The notes below the pieces were generated by a model. It did not search any database, had not been told where the DNA came from, and worked only from the letters and a program-made list of their open reading frames with translations. From assembly GCF_020745735.1 (NCBI RefSeq), contig NC_083443.1, positions 12,327,006-12,391,005 on the forward strand: a stretch of 64,000 nucleotides of DNA, in the 5' to 3' direction. The translations under genes and the position numbers were made by a program. Position 1 is the stretch's first letter. Each line of letters opens with the position of its first letter. The stretch comes from Hemiscyllium ocellatum. Taxonomy: Eukaryota. Positions 24,880 to 38,500 of this stretch are shown here, piece after piece.

Positions 24880-27800
24880 GCCACCTCGGGATAGTCGTCG
24901 GAGTGCATCTGGGAAAATTAACAAACAGTGAAATTCACTATTGACCTTGGAGGAACTGTTGGGTGAAGTTTACAGCATAGAATCAGATCAGTTAATCATT
25001 GTTTTAAGTGTGGCCAACAGAGAATCTGCAGTAGTGAGTAGAGTGGGTTCTTTCTTGATTATATATTTTTGGAGATATATCTCTTGATTAAACTTAAAAT
25101 ATAAGCCATAACTATTAATTTAACCTGGGGCAATGTTTGTAGAGGAATAAGATGGTGTTACTTTCTGGGTCTGTAGATTATGAAGGAGCAAAAAATGGAC
25201 TTTAATAGAGTGATATGTACTTCTTGTCAGATGTGGAAGTTTAAAAGAGTTTAAGGGTTACTGCAGATTATATATGCCGTAAATGCTGTTGGCTATGAAT
25301 CTTATCAGATCGAATGGATTGGTGGAAGAGACAGTTAAAAACAATGAGGAATTTGCAACAGCAATATTATATAATGGGTGGCAGTTATAGAAAGGGGGGT
25401 AAGTCTCAGATACAGTCACATAGATGGGTTAACTCCAGGAAGGGTGAGAGAGATTGGCACCTAGGGCAAGAGTCTTTTGTGGATATACCCATTTCAACAG
25501 GTATGCTGTTTTGGAAAATGTAGGGGGTGATGGATTCTCAGAGGAACGTAGCATGAACAGCCAAGTTTCTGGTACTAAGACTTGCTCTAATGCAACGAGG
25601 GGTACGTCGGGTATCAAGAGACCAATTGTGTTAGGGGATTCCCTAAGTCCGAGGTACAGACAGACGTTTCTGTGGCCATCAGTGAAAAATCAGAATGGTG
25701 TGTTGCTTCCCTGGTGCCAGGATCAAGGATGTCTCAGAGAGGGTGCAGAATGTTCTCACAGGGGAGAGGGGCCAGCAAAAGATCATTGTCCACATTGGAA
25801 CCAATGACATAGGAAGGGAAAAGGTTGAGATTCTGAAGGGAGATTACAGAGAGTGAGGCAGAAATTTAAAAAGCAGGTCCTCGAGAGTAGTAATATCTGG
25901 ATAATTCCCACTGCTATGAGCTAGTGAGGGCAGCAGTAGGAGGATTGAGCAGATGAATGCATGGCTGAGGAGCTGGTGTATGGGAGAAGGATTCACATTT
26001 TTGGATCATTGGAATCTCTTTTGGGGAAGAAGTGACCTATACAAGAAGGACGGAATGCACCAAAATTGGAAGGGGTCTAATATACTGGCAGGGAAATTTG
26101 CTCGAGCTGCTAAAGAGGATTTAAACTAATAAGGTGGGGGTGGGACCCAGGGAGATAGTGAGGAAAGAGACCAATCTGAGACTGATACAGTTGAGAACAG
26201 AAGTGAGTCAAACAGCCAGGGCAGGCAGCAACAAGGTAGGACTAATAAATTAAACTGCGGTTATTTCAATGCAAGGAAGGCAGATAAACTCAGGGCATGG
26301 TTAGGTACATGGGACTGGGATACCATAGCAAATACAGAAACATGGCTCAGGGATGGGCAGGACTGGCAGCTTAATGTTCCAGGATATAAATGCTACAGGA
26401 AGGATAGAAAGGAAGGCAAGAGAGGAGAGGGAGTGGCATTTTTGATAAGGGATAGCATTACAGCTGTGCTGAGGGAAGATATTCCCGGAAATACATCCAG
26501 TGAAGTTATTTGGGTGGAATTGAGAAATAAGAAAGGGATGAGAACCTTATTGAGATTGTATTATAGACCCCCTAATAGTCAGAGGGAAATTGAGAAACAA
26601 ACTTGAAAGGAGATCTTAGCTATCTGTAAGAAAAATAGGGTGGTTATGGTAGGGGATTTTAACTTTTCAAACATTGACTGGGACTGCCATAGTGTTAAAG
26701 GTTTAGATGGAGAGGAATTTGTTAAGTGTGTACAAGACAATTTTCTGATTCAGTATGTGGATGTACCTACTAGAGAAGGTGCAAAACTTGACCTAATCTT
26801 GGGAAATAAGGCAGGGCAGGTGACTGAGGTGTCAGTGGGGGAGAACTTAGGGGCCAGCGACCAGAATTCTATTAGATTTAAAATAATGATGGAAAGGGAT
26901 ATACCAGATCTAAAAGTTGAAGTTCTAAATTGGAAAAAGGCCAATTTTGACGGTATTAAGCAAGAACTTTCGAAAGCTGATTGGGGGCAGATAAGGATAT
27001 GGACCAGATGAGCCAGTGGGCTGAGAAGTAGCAGATGGAGTTTAATTCAGATAAATGCGAGGTGCTGCATTTTGGGAAAGCAAATCTTAGCAGGACTTAT
27101 ACACTTAATGGTAAGGTCCTAGGGAGTGTTGCTGAACAAAGAGACCTTGGAATGCAGGTTCATAGCTCCTTGAAAGTGAAGTTGCAGGTAGATAGGATAG
27201 TGAAGAAGGTGTTTGGTATGCTTTTCTTTATTGGTCAGAGTACTGAGGACAGGAGTTGGGAGGTCATGTTGTGGCTGTACAGGACATTAGTTAGGCCACT
27301 GTTGGAATATTGCCTGCAAATCTGGTCTCCTTCTTATCGGAAAGATGTCGTGATACTTGAAAGGGTTCAGAAAAGACTTACAAGGATGTTGCCAGCGTTG
27401 GAGGACTTGAGCTATACGGAGAGGCTGAACAAGCTGGGGCTGTTTTCCCTGGCGCGTTGGAGGCTGAGGGGTGACCTTATAGAAGTTTACAAAATTATAG
27501 CGGCATGGACAGGGTAAATAGGCAAAGTCTTTTCCCTGGGGTCAGGAAGTCCAGAACTAGAGGGCATAGGTTTAAGGTGAGAGGGGAAAGATATAAAAGA
27601 GACCTACGGGGCAACTTTTTCACGCAGAGGGTGGTACGTGTATGGAATGAGCTGCCAGAGGAAGTGGTGGAGGCTGATACAATTGCAACATTCAAGAGGC
27701 ATTTGGATGAGTATATGAATAGGAAGGGTTTGGAAGGATATGGGCCGGGTGCTGGTAGTTGGGACTAGATTGGGTTGGGATATCTGGTCGGCAAGAAGGT

Positions 27801-29885
27801 TCTGTTTCCATGCTGTACATCTCTGACTCTATAAAGGGACGGCTGGAAATGGGAAGCCTTCAGAAATGAGATAACGAGAATCCAGAGAAAGTGTATTCCC
27901 GTTAGGGTGAAAGGAAAGGCTGGTAGGTATGCTGAATGACTAATGAAATTGAGGGTTTGGTTAAGAAAAGGAAGGAAGCATATGTCAGATATAGACAGGA
28001 TAGATCGAATGAATCCTTAGAAGAGTATAAAGGAAGTATGAGTATGCTTAAGAGGGAAATCAAGAGGGCAAAAAGGGAACACGAGATAGCTTTGGCAAAT
28101 AGAATTAAGGAGAATCCAAAGAGTTTTTACAAATACATTAAGGAAAAAAGGGTAACTAGGGAGAGAATAAGACCCCTCAAAGATCAGCAGAAAATGGGGG
28201 AAGATACTAAATGAGTATTTTGCATCAGTATTTACTGTGGAAAAGGATATGGAAGATATAGACTGTAGGGAAATAAATGGTGACATCTTGCAAAATGTTC
28301 ATATTGCAGAAGAGGAAGTGCTAGATGTCTTGAAACGGGTAAAGGTGGATAAATCCCCAGGACCTGATCAGGTGTACCCTAGAACTCTGTGGGAAGCTAG
28401 AGAAGTGATTGCTGGGCCTCTTGCTGAGATATTTTTATCATCGATAGTCACAGGTGAGGTGCAGGAAGACTGGTGGTTGGCTAACGTGGTGACACTGTTT
28501 AAGAAAGGTGGTAAGGACAAGCCAGCGAACTATAGACCGGTGAGCCTGATGTCGGTGGTGGACAAGTTGTTGGAGGGAATCCTGAGGGACAGGATGTACA
28601 AGTATTCGGAAAGGCAAGGACTGATTCGGGATAGTCAACATGGCTTTGTGCGTGGGAAATCATGTCTCACAAACTTGATTGAGTTTTTTAAAGAAGTAAC
28701 AAAGAGGATTGACGAGGGCAGAGCAGTAAATGTGATCTATATGGATTTCAGCAAGGCATTCAACAAGGTTCCCCATGGGAGACTGGTTAGCAAGGTTAGG
28801 TCTCAGAATACAGAGAGAACTATCTATTTGGATACAGAACTGGCTCAAAGGTAGAAGACAGAGGGTGGTGGTGGAGGGTTGTTTTTCAGACTGGCGGCCT
28901 GTGACCAGTGGAGTGCCACAAGGATCGTTGCTGGATCTTCTACTTTTTGTCATTTACCTAAATGATGTGGATGCGAGCATAAGACGTACACTTAGTAAGT
29001 TTGCAGATGACACCAAAATTGGAGGTATAGTGGACAGTGAAGAAGGTTACCTCAGTTTACAACAGGAGCTTAATCAGATGGGCCAATGAGCAGGGAAGTG
29101 GCAGATGGCGTTTAATTCAGATAAATGCAAGATGCTGCATTTTGGAAAAGCAAATCTTAGCAGGACTTATACACTTAATGGTAAAGGTCCTAGGGAGTAT
29201 TGCTGAATAAAGAAAGTGGAGTCACATGTAGATAGGATAGTGAAGGTGGCGTTTGGTATGCTTTTCTTTATTGGCCAGAGTATTGAGTACAGGAGTTGGG
29301 AGGTCATGCTGTGGCTGTACAGGACATTGGTTAGGCCACTGTTGGAATATCGCTTGCAATTCTGGTCTCCTTCTTTTCCGAAAGATGTTGTGAAACTTGA
29401 AAGGGTTCAGAAAAGATTTACAAGGATGTTGCCAAGGTTGGGGGATTTGAGCTAGAGGGAGAGGCTGAACAGGCTGAGGCCGTTTTCCCTGGAGCGTCGG
29501 AGGCTGAGGATGATCTTATAGAGGTTTACAAAATTATGAAGGGCAAGGATAGGGTAAATAGGCAAAGGCTTTTCCCTGGGGTCAGGGAGTCCAGAACTAG
29601 AGAGCATAGGTTTAGGGTGAGAGGGGAAAGATATAAAAGAGACCTACGGGGCAACATTTTCACACAGTGGGTGGTACGCATGTGGAATGAGCTGCCAGAG
29701 GAAGTGGTGGAGGCTGGTACAATTGCAACATTTAAGAGGCATTTGGATGGATATATGAATAGGAAGGGTTTGGAGGGATATGGGCCAGGTGCTGCAGGTG
29801 GGACTAGATTGGGTTGAGACACCTGGTCAGCATAGACGAGTTGGACCGAAGGGTCTGTTTCCATGCTGTATATCTCTATGACTCT
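24880..29885 (+). mobile_element. Near full-length, inactivated CR1 (HER1-like) LINE with an internal CR1 insertion
   Basis: ORF1 remnants (Cys knuckle; GDS, HIGTND, DG.H SGNH-esterase motifs), APE endonuclease (MVGDFN, LDLIL, ASDQ), RT (KSPGPD, NYRPVSL, GVPQGS, FADD), ctctatgactcta tail; many stops and frameshifts. Confidence 0.92.
26989..27832 (+). mobile_element. 5'-truncated CR1 inserted inside ORF2 of the same-family CR1
   Basis: RT C-terminus plus 3' tail interrupts host ORF2, which resumes at 27833. Confidence 0.85.
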
Positions 29886-31140
29886 ACTTGTTCAACCACA
29901 GTTTATGGTCCATATGAGCCGTTTCCTACTCACATGATCAGAATATCCTTCGGTTGTTTTCTCCCTTGAATCCTTAACTGGCTTCCTCTTAAAATATTTT
30001 AATGCTATTCACATCAACACTCCAAGTAGAAGCATGCTCCACACTATAGGATTTCAAATTGGGTTTACTAGTAAATATCTTATATTTATTAGCAATCCTA
30101 TCAAGGACCTTCATATATTTAAATATGTCTATTAAATCACATCTCTGCTGTTCTAGAAAACAAAGCACCACTTCTTCAGTTTTTCATGACTTACTTTAAC
30201 AACTTTTGTTATATCTTAGGATAGGCAATCCTCTTTGGCATCCAACCTTGCTTTTCAAGGAGATACACCACTTACCCTTCCCAAATGTTTATTCTCTCAG
30301 CCTTAAACTGTAACTTTGCTGTTAAATATTTCAATCATAGTCTTACAACAAGGAAACAGACCCTTTGGTTCAACCAGTCCATCCTGAACATAATCGCAAA
30401 CTAAACTGTCTGCTCCTATCCTTTATCCCTCCAAACCTTTCCTATTCATGTACCCGTCAGAATGTCTTTTAAACATTGTAACTGTACCCACATTCTCCAC
30501 TTCCTCAGGATCCATATGATAAATATTTTATCAGTCCTGACCCTTCACCTTTATTTCTCAACTAAAACCACTAACACAACATTAATTCAATAAACATCAC
30601 GAGGTACACAGCACTTTAGACCCACCTACCAAGACTAAAGGTTTCTTTCAAAAAGCTAACCTCAGCACACTGGTTGTATTTTGGCCTCAAGTCATCAATC
30701 TCCATTCGGTTAAAAGTTAATCTTCTACAAAACAAGCATGGTTGCTGACAACATATTTTAATCTTTGCAAATAAATGCATCAACACAAATGATCATTTTC
30801 AAAGTTTGCTCAAAAAACAAAGACATGGAAAATCATATGATCTTATGTCAATAAATTGTGGATCATATTCCTGGTAATTCTAAATTTGTATCCACACAAA
30901 CTATGCAATAATTTTCATTTCACAATATAAATAAGATTGCTGAAAAATTATATTTATCAGCTAATTAAACAAACTTTGAATTAAGATTGGATAAACAGAC
31001 ATACCAAGAATATTCACTGAACTAGGAAAAGCACATGTAGTACCAAAGAGTTAAATGGCATTGCACCTCTGCTGAAGCAACACTAAATATACCAGGACAT
31101 TTTGACTGTAGTAATGATAAGTTGGTAAAACCTCAATGTT

Positions 31141-31350
31141 GGAGGAGAAAGTGAGGACTGCAGATGCTGGAGAACAGAGCTGAAAATGTGTTGCTGGAAA
31201 AGCGCAGCAGGTCAGGCAGCATCCAAGGAACAGGAAATTCGACATTTCGGGCATAAGTCCTGATGAAGGGCTTATGCCTGAAACGTCGAATTTCCTGTTC
31301 CTTGGATGCTGCCTGACCTGCTGCGCTTTTCCAGCAACACATTTTCAGCC
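31141..31350. mobile_element. Fold-back non-autonomous PLE-derived element with a central hammerhead motif
   Basis: 79-bp inverted arms 31179-31257/31271-31349 (2 mismatches); 14-bp TSD aaaacctcaatgtt (31127-31140, 31351-31364). Confidence 0.85.
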
Positions 31351-31870
31351 AAAACCTCAATGTTTCCACAGACACCATACCTTGGCTGTACAATGTTATA
31401 TACTTTCTTGAAACAGAAACTTGATGCAATTAACTAAGGTAAGCTGACCAATTAATTAATTCACTTTTATCAAAGAGAGATTAAGCAGGAGGAAATGCTT
31501 AATATCAGGACATTGAGTCCACCATCAAGTTCCACACAAAGCTATTTAAACTGCCACTGACTCAACATTTAGCTCCCGTTTCCTCAAATGCCAAGCTAAG
31601 TTATTTCAGTGAAATTAACTCTTCACATGCCAGAACAGACTTCTAGATTTGCCATAATTTCAAAGCCCAAACTGGATATTCCACTTTTGAAATACAACTA
31701 ATGTGAACTTTCTAGAAACCCATGTTTCAGCAAGTATCAATGATCCCCAATCCTGTTTGTCCAAGCAGCAAAAGCATAACGAGAACATGACCACACTCTC
31801 ACTCTCATGCTCCCCCTTACACTCAGTAAGGTTCCTAAGGCCAAATGTACAACGAACTGAAAAAAAACAC

Positions 31871-32140
31871 TCAACGTTTGGGAGAAGATTTGTAGCTCGG
31901 GTGCTCGTTGTTGTGGTTCTGTTCGCCGAGCTGGGAATTCATGTTGCAGACGTTTGTCCTCCGTCTAGGTGACATCCTCAGTGCTTGGGAGCCTCCTGTG
32001 AAGCGCTTCTGTGATCTGTCCTCCAGCATTTGTAGTGGTTTGAATCTGCCGCTTCCGGTTGTCAGTTCCAGCTGTCCATTGCAGTGGTCGGTATATTGGG
32101 TCCAGGTCGATGTGCTTATTGATTGAATCTGTCGATGAGA
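31871..32140 (-). mobile_element. PLE 3' fragment (same family as the 52263 element)
   Basis: Minus-strand STDSINKHIDLDPIY followed by degenerate hammerhead ctgagga-tgtcacc..ggaggac-aaacgtc (31942-31985). Confidence 0.7.
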
Positions 32141-34006
32141 TCCACTCACAGCAGAGTTTAGTCTTCTGAATCTAATCTCTTCCGAATTACAGGGAATTAG
32201 GGTAATCACAAAAGAGAGAAATCTAACACTTTCAAGAGATGCCAGTTGAATAACTGATACTATAAAATAACTATCAAAAAACCACTGCAGGATTTTCATG
32301 TGACTTTTTCTTAATATACAAAATATTACTAGGCATGGTCAATAAATGGTCAGCCAGCGAATAAATTTTTAAAAGAAATTACATTTCCTCTTTTGATTGA
32401 GATAAATATTGGCCAGGACATCAGGAAAAACTCACCTGTAATTCTACAAAGTACCATCACAGTATTTTGTTACATCCTACTGATACAGAATGATGTTTGC
32501 TGCAGCTCATCTTCTACTAGGTCCGTAACACTTACCGCTTTCCATTGGCATTCTAGGTTCAAACGTTGGATTTCAAAATCCTGTTAGAAATCCCCACTGC
32601 CTTCTTTTACCATCCCTCCACAACCAGTAATAGTTCCCTATTCAGCTCTGACCATCTGCTCTCATTGTTTGATTTGTTCTAAAACACCTAATTCATCCAT
32701 CACTCCATTTTTAAAAGTTCCCAACCTTGTGTCAATTCAACCAGTGCCATACATTAAGATATTCCACTTGCAATAAAGCTGTAGTAACAACTCATACACG
32801 TTAATTGTTAGGCACAAAGATGGAAGTGAGGACCTCTTGTTCCAGAAAGTAACAAATTCCAAGCTCAAAGACGGCAGGCAAGAAGGGTTATACCTTGCAA
32901 AAAGATGACTGAGCTTACTGGAGGCCAGTCATTTAAACCATATTCCAGAACACTGACTTTGACTGGATTGGCAGTAAGAGCAAAGTTGAATGGCAGACAA
33001 TATATAAGAGCCATCTCTACTGTTCTTCTGTGGAAATCTTGTTTAAATCCAAAAAGCACCCATGACACATAATCTGTTAATGCTGTTCAGCAAGTTAATC
33101 TTGCTAGTCAAAGTAGACATTTGGGAGATGCGCAGACATTTTGTAAATTTACAAATTACCTTACATGAGGAAGTTACTTTGTCAAAAACGTGGGAATTCT
33201 GATATTGCTGAACATGAACCCAAAGGAGTTGATCATCAAAACTAAGCTCAATAAGATTACAGAATGGCTACTTCTAATTTTCACTCAGTTAAGTATCAAA
33301 TATTCTCTCAGACCTAACTGCAGCTAGAGTAGAATCATGCTTAAGTTAGATCATATCTCCTGGACAACCTCCAATGTGGTTGTCCAATTCCCAGCAGGAA
33401 GAATGACTGATGCATACAGCTAAACAAGATGTTTAGATGGTCATTAGAGACACGGAAACTTTTCAATGCATTAAATGGTCCGTAAAAGGAAAACCTCAAG
33501 TACTCACGCCACAACTGGAATTTTAAAAGCACTAAAGTTTCACAAACAACACACACACTTTTCTAAACAGCAAAGGTTCACTCCAACTCACAAACAATGG
33601 ATAGCAAATTAAGCTGACAAACTCTTCAAAGCGAGACAAATTCAGAATTTTATCCAAGCTATTAGGCAAATATCCAATTTATCCAAGCAACTGTCAATAA
33701 TTCTACATTCCTCAGGATCAAAAACATCAAGAAATTCATCAGCCAGACTGTTCAGTGTTAGTGGTGACAAAAAAAACTGATTTCATAATTACCATAATTT
33801 GTTTTTAAGATAACTCAGTTAATGACAGTAGTGGCTAGCGTAAATGTAAGCCATCAATCATAGATAAAAAGCGTGTTTAAATAAACAGAAGGAGCTGGTA
33901 CTCACTACTGAAATCAAATTCAAATAACACAAATCAAACTAGATTACAAGGGAACATTACATGGAATGAAGACAATTTTTCTGTAAGTAGACAATATTCT
34001 TTGATA

Positions 34007-34177
34007 GGAGAAAGTGAGGACTGCAGATGCTGGAGATCAGAGCTGAAAATGTGTTGCTGGAAAAGCGCAGCAGGTCAGGTCTGGATTCCTGAAGAAGGGC
34101 TCATGCCTGAAATGTCGATTCTCCTGCTCCTTGGATGCTGCCTGACCTGCTGCACTTTTCCAGCAACACATCTTCAG
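34007..34177. mobile_element. Fold-back PLE-derived element with hammerhead motif (about 34085-34120)
   Basis: 15-bp TSD caatattctttgata; CTGAAGA-a-gggc..gcct-GAAAtgTC. Confidence 0.8.
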
Positions 34178-36169
34178 CAATATTCTTTGATAAGTGGCTA
34201 ATCATTTAGGATGAGATGAGGAGAAATTACTTCACAGAAAAGCAATGACAAAGCAGTAATACACTAGTAATCCAGAGATCCAGGCTAATGTCCTGGGATG
34301 TGGATTTGAATCCCATCCTGAGAAATGGCGAGATTTCAGAGAATCACAATTGTTATGGCACAGGAGGCCATTCATCCCATTGTGCTAATGCCTTTTCCCC
34401 ACATTACTGCATACTATTTCTATCCAAGTAATTATCCAATGCCCTCTTGAACATTCAATTGAACCTGCCTCCATCACATTTTCAGATAGTGCACTCCATA
34501 CTACAAGTATTTGACATATGAAGAAGCTATTTCCCACATTATATGCGCTATCATGTAATACATTTCAAAGTTGGAATAGACAAATTTCTGATGTCTCAAA
34601 GAATGGAAGACAGGAAAGTGAAGTTTAAGCCCAAGTTCAACCAGGATCAAGGTGATGGTTTCCTGTACTTTTAGAAAAAGATATTAATTTGCACCTTTTT
34701 AAAAAAGCACTCAGAATTTTCACTTCAAACCAGAGACTTCCACAGAAGCATAACAAGACCTCAGTACACAGCTACAAGGTGAGATTATGGTCTCAAGCTC
34801 CTTCAACTGAATTCCGAACCAAATTAAATGCAAAGCACAAAATAAAAACTGCACTACATCAACTGTAGACCTCACTGACACCAATACAGTTTTATGTCCT
34901 TGCAGAGGTAATGATCTCCTTATTGTGGTCAGTGACATAACCTGACCTATGGCTCATGGTGTCAACAAATTGTCTTAGAGATAGAACAGTCTAGACTATA
35001 AAGAGACTTTGTTCCTCACAAGGATAAAATTGGCTCATACCACAGTAGGTAATGTCTTCACAATAAGAATGAAGAAAAGCATACCATAATTCAAATAACC
35101 AGGCGGCAACTCCAGCGTGAATTGTCTGGGTTCAAGATTATTACATAGAATGTAAAATTAAAACAGGTCATTCAGCCTCTCTCCAACTTCCTCACATGTT
35201 ATTACGATGTTTTTAAATTAAACAAAATGTCTGATACAAAATTAGGTCTTTGGTGGGATTTGTGGACATTCAGGTCCTTGAACAGTCGTTTTATAGTAGC
35301 TGATGAAAATCACCATTTTAGCCAAGACCTAGGACTGGGAGCATGTGCGCTAAATAATTAGTTCTTATGTGTAACCATTACAACATGGTGTCTATTTGAA
35401 GAGATTCACAGGTCCCAGGCATACAGTATCTTTCTCCTTAAGAAACATCCACGGGATTTCAACTGCACCAATATTATTGTCATTGCTTCCTTACAGCCAA
35501 AGTCACTCATTTAAATTTCTTCGAAATGTCCTAAGTAAATGAAACCTTTTACAGAAATGCAATCTAGTTATTTCTGCCATAGTAGATCTATAGCTATATC
35601 ACAAAGGCCAAAGCAATTGCAATGTCTTGCTGTCTGATGTAGTGACTGCTCTTAACTGTCGAAATGGAACATAAATAAAATAACAAGCAGTCCCTTGGTG
35701 CTTATAATATACAATTCAAGCTGGGTGGGTGGTTAATTATTTCAGTAATGGTTTGCAGTCTAAACAAGTCGAAAATTCTGCATGGCACTTAAAGTGCTTG
35801 ATTACTGATGCAAAAACTAAAACCAAAAAAGGCAAAGGTAAAAATAGAGATATTTCTGTTGATATATATAGTCATGTTTGCCCTACAATCTATTCATAAA
35901 GTTGTACTCAATTGTTCAGTAAAAAAGCTTATTAACAAGAATCTGCAAACTGCGTATTTCTAAATCAGTAAAAATATTTGGGCTCTGTTTGAGAGTAACA
36001 TACAGACAAATGAATTAGGAGCAAAAATAGGCTATTCATCACCACTCTCCCAAGGCTGCCCTGGGCACTCAATAGGACACAGCCAATCTGAAACAAAAAT
36101 AGAGATGACTGGAGAAACTCGACAGTATCTGGGTAGAGAAAGCAGAGTTGATGTTTACTTTTTTTTAGC

Positions 36170-37350
36170 ACTTACTCTAGCTAGGAAAAGGTGATATATA
36201 TGAGGATAGTGCAGTGGAGAAGTGGACCAAGGTGCCGTGGAAGGAATGGTTCCTGCAGAAAGCCGACAGATATGGGGAATGTGCATCCAGTGATGGCATC
36301 CCACTGGAGATGGCAGCTTAAGATCTTTTGGATGTGGATGATAGTGGAATGGAAAGTAAGGACCAGGGCACCCGGTAGGTGTTATGGGAAGAAAGGCTTG
36401 AGGGCAGAAGACTGATAAATGAGTCAGACATAGCTGAAGATCCTGTCAACCCCAGTGGTTACATCAGTTGAGGAAAAAGGTGGACATTTCTGAGGCTTCT
36501 GTTTGGAAGTGTCATCATCAGAACAAGTGAAATGGAGACAGAGAAACTAGGAAAATGGAATAGTCTTTACAGAAAGAAAGTAGGGTGAGAGGATACACGG
36601 CCCAGGGAACTATGGAAGTCAGTGGGTTTAAAGTGGACATCGATGGCGAGTCTATTCCCAGAAATGGAAAGAGATGTCGAGGAAGGAAAGTGAGGAGTCA
36701 GAAATGGATTAGGTGAAGGTGAAAACAGGATGGAAACTGAAAATAAATTTTTCCAATTCCAGACAAGGGGGGAAGCGACATTAAAGATGTCATCGATGTA
36801 CCAGAGAAAGAGCTGTGGGAAGGATCCTGAGTAGGATGACAACAACAAATCCCATAAAGAAACAGGATAACTGGGGCCGATGTGGGTAGCTAAGGTCACA
36901 TCTTTGATCTGACTAAAGTGAGGGGACCGAGGGAAAAATTGTTCAATGTGAAGACGAGCTTAGCCACGATGGAGGTATGTGATGGTGGATGGGGACAGTT
37001 TAAGCCCTTTTTTCCAGGAAGAAGAAGAGTGCCCCAAGACCTTCCTGTTGGGAGATGGACATGTCAAGGGATTGTACATCCATGGTGAACGGGGGGAGGG
37101 GGCGACTGGCACCCATGAGGTGGAAATTCTGCAACTGATAAAGTATCAGAAGAATCATGGATGTAAGCGGAAAGGGACAGAACGAGGGGAGAAAAAAAAA
37201 TTGAGTTCAGGTAGGAAGAGATTAGTTCTGTTGGACAGGAGCAGGCAAAAAGAATGGCTCTGCGCTGGCAGTCCTGTTCGTGGATTTTGGAAAGGAGATA
37301 GAAGTGAGCTGGGCAGGGTTTGGGAACTATTGGCTTGGAAGCTGTGACGT
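36170..37350 (-). mobile_element. Degenerate PLE reverse transcriptase fragment
   Basis: Remnants LATHIGPSY..., WYIDDIF, LAIDVHFKPTD..SSHP. Confidence 0.75.
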
Positions 37351-37539
37351 TTCCGTGGCCATTCTATTTGTGGTCTGAATTCCACATTCTATCTGTCCCC
37401 AATGACCCTGAACTTCTAAGGCTGACAAGGATCTGGCCCGAAACGTCGAATTTCCTGTTCCTTGGATGCTGCCTGACCTGCTGCGCTTTAACCAGCAACA
37501 CATTTTCAGCCTGGGATCTGTGTATACAGACATTTAAAA

Positions 37540-37728
37540 AAACTGCAGATGCTGGAATCCAAATAGACAATCAAGAGGCTGGAGGAACACAACCAGGCAA
37601 CATCAGGAGGTGAAGTAGTCTACGTTTCGGGTGTTTCCGTCCTGAAGGGTTACACCCGAAGCAGCAACTTCTCCACCTCCTGATGCTGCCTGACCTGCTG
37701 CGTTCTTCCAGCCTCCTGCCTGTCTACT
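37540..37728. mobile_element. Fold-back PLE-derived element (degenerate)
   Basis: gaggctggaggaacac.../gttcttccagcctc inverted arms around cctgaagggttacacccgaa. Confidence 0.6.
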
Positions 37729-37939
37729 AAGGATCTATGTATGTCTGAATACTTTAAAGCAGAATTCCAAAGCCTCTGGGGTTTATATTCAAGGCTGAGG
37801 TAGACAAATAGTTAATCATTACGAAAAGCAAGGATTGTGGGGAATGACAGAAAAGTGAAGTCCGGGATCTCAGATGGGGCTGAGCATGCTCGATGGGCTG
37901 AATGGCCTACTTTTGCTCCAGTGTCTCTGATATTATTCC

Positions 37940-38500
37940 CCATCCCCGGCCCCAGCTCTCGCGTTCTCTCTCGCCGGTGGATCGGGTCCCCCTTTTTATC
38001 TCTCTCCTCTCTTCTTCCCTCCCTTCTCGGTCGCTCTCGAACCCCACTCTCACCGGCCGCTCCCGCCTCTGCCGGCTCCGCTTCACCTTCAGCCTCGCGC
38101 CCTCTCCAACTCCCGCGAGCAGAGGGAGCAGCCGCGGACTTTCCCACTCGCACCGTCGGCGCGTGGAGGGGAGTCCTTGACCACTCTCACTGCTGTGATT
38201 CTCTACACGTCCGTAAAATCAAACATACAAATCACCACTTTAACTAATATATAATTATTTTTGTCATAATTCAGTTGTAACTATGTTATTCTCAAAGTTA
38301 GTCACTGGTTTTAAATTGAATCAATCCGAATAACCCCTCTATTTGCCGGATAGTTTGATCCAGGTCACCCACAGTAAAGCCGCTCTGGACGCGTCCATTT
38401 GTGGCGACGATGGGGGTGCACGAGGGACGAGAGGCGCGTCCATTTGCAGCGAGGGGGAGTCTGTGAGCTGTCGTTGCCCGGGCTCGCCCTGTGTGTGGAG
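37940..38500 (-). promoter_or_regulatory. CpG island; probable distal NCOA4 promoter with a GC-rich first exon ending at 38054
   Basis: High GC/CpG; donor GCGGCCG|gtgaga at 38054; two copies of cgcgtccatttg (YY1-like) at 38390 and 38435; no other coding exons recognised between here and NCOA4. Confidence 0.6.
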
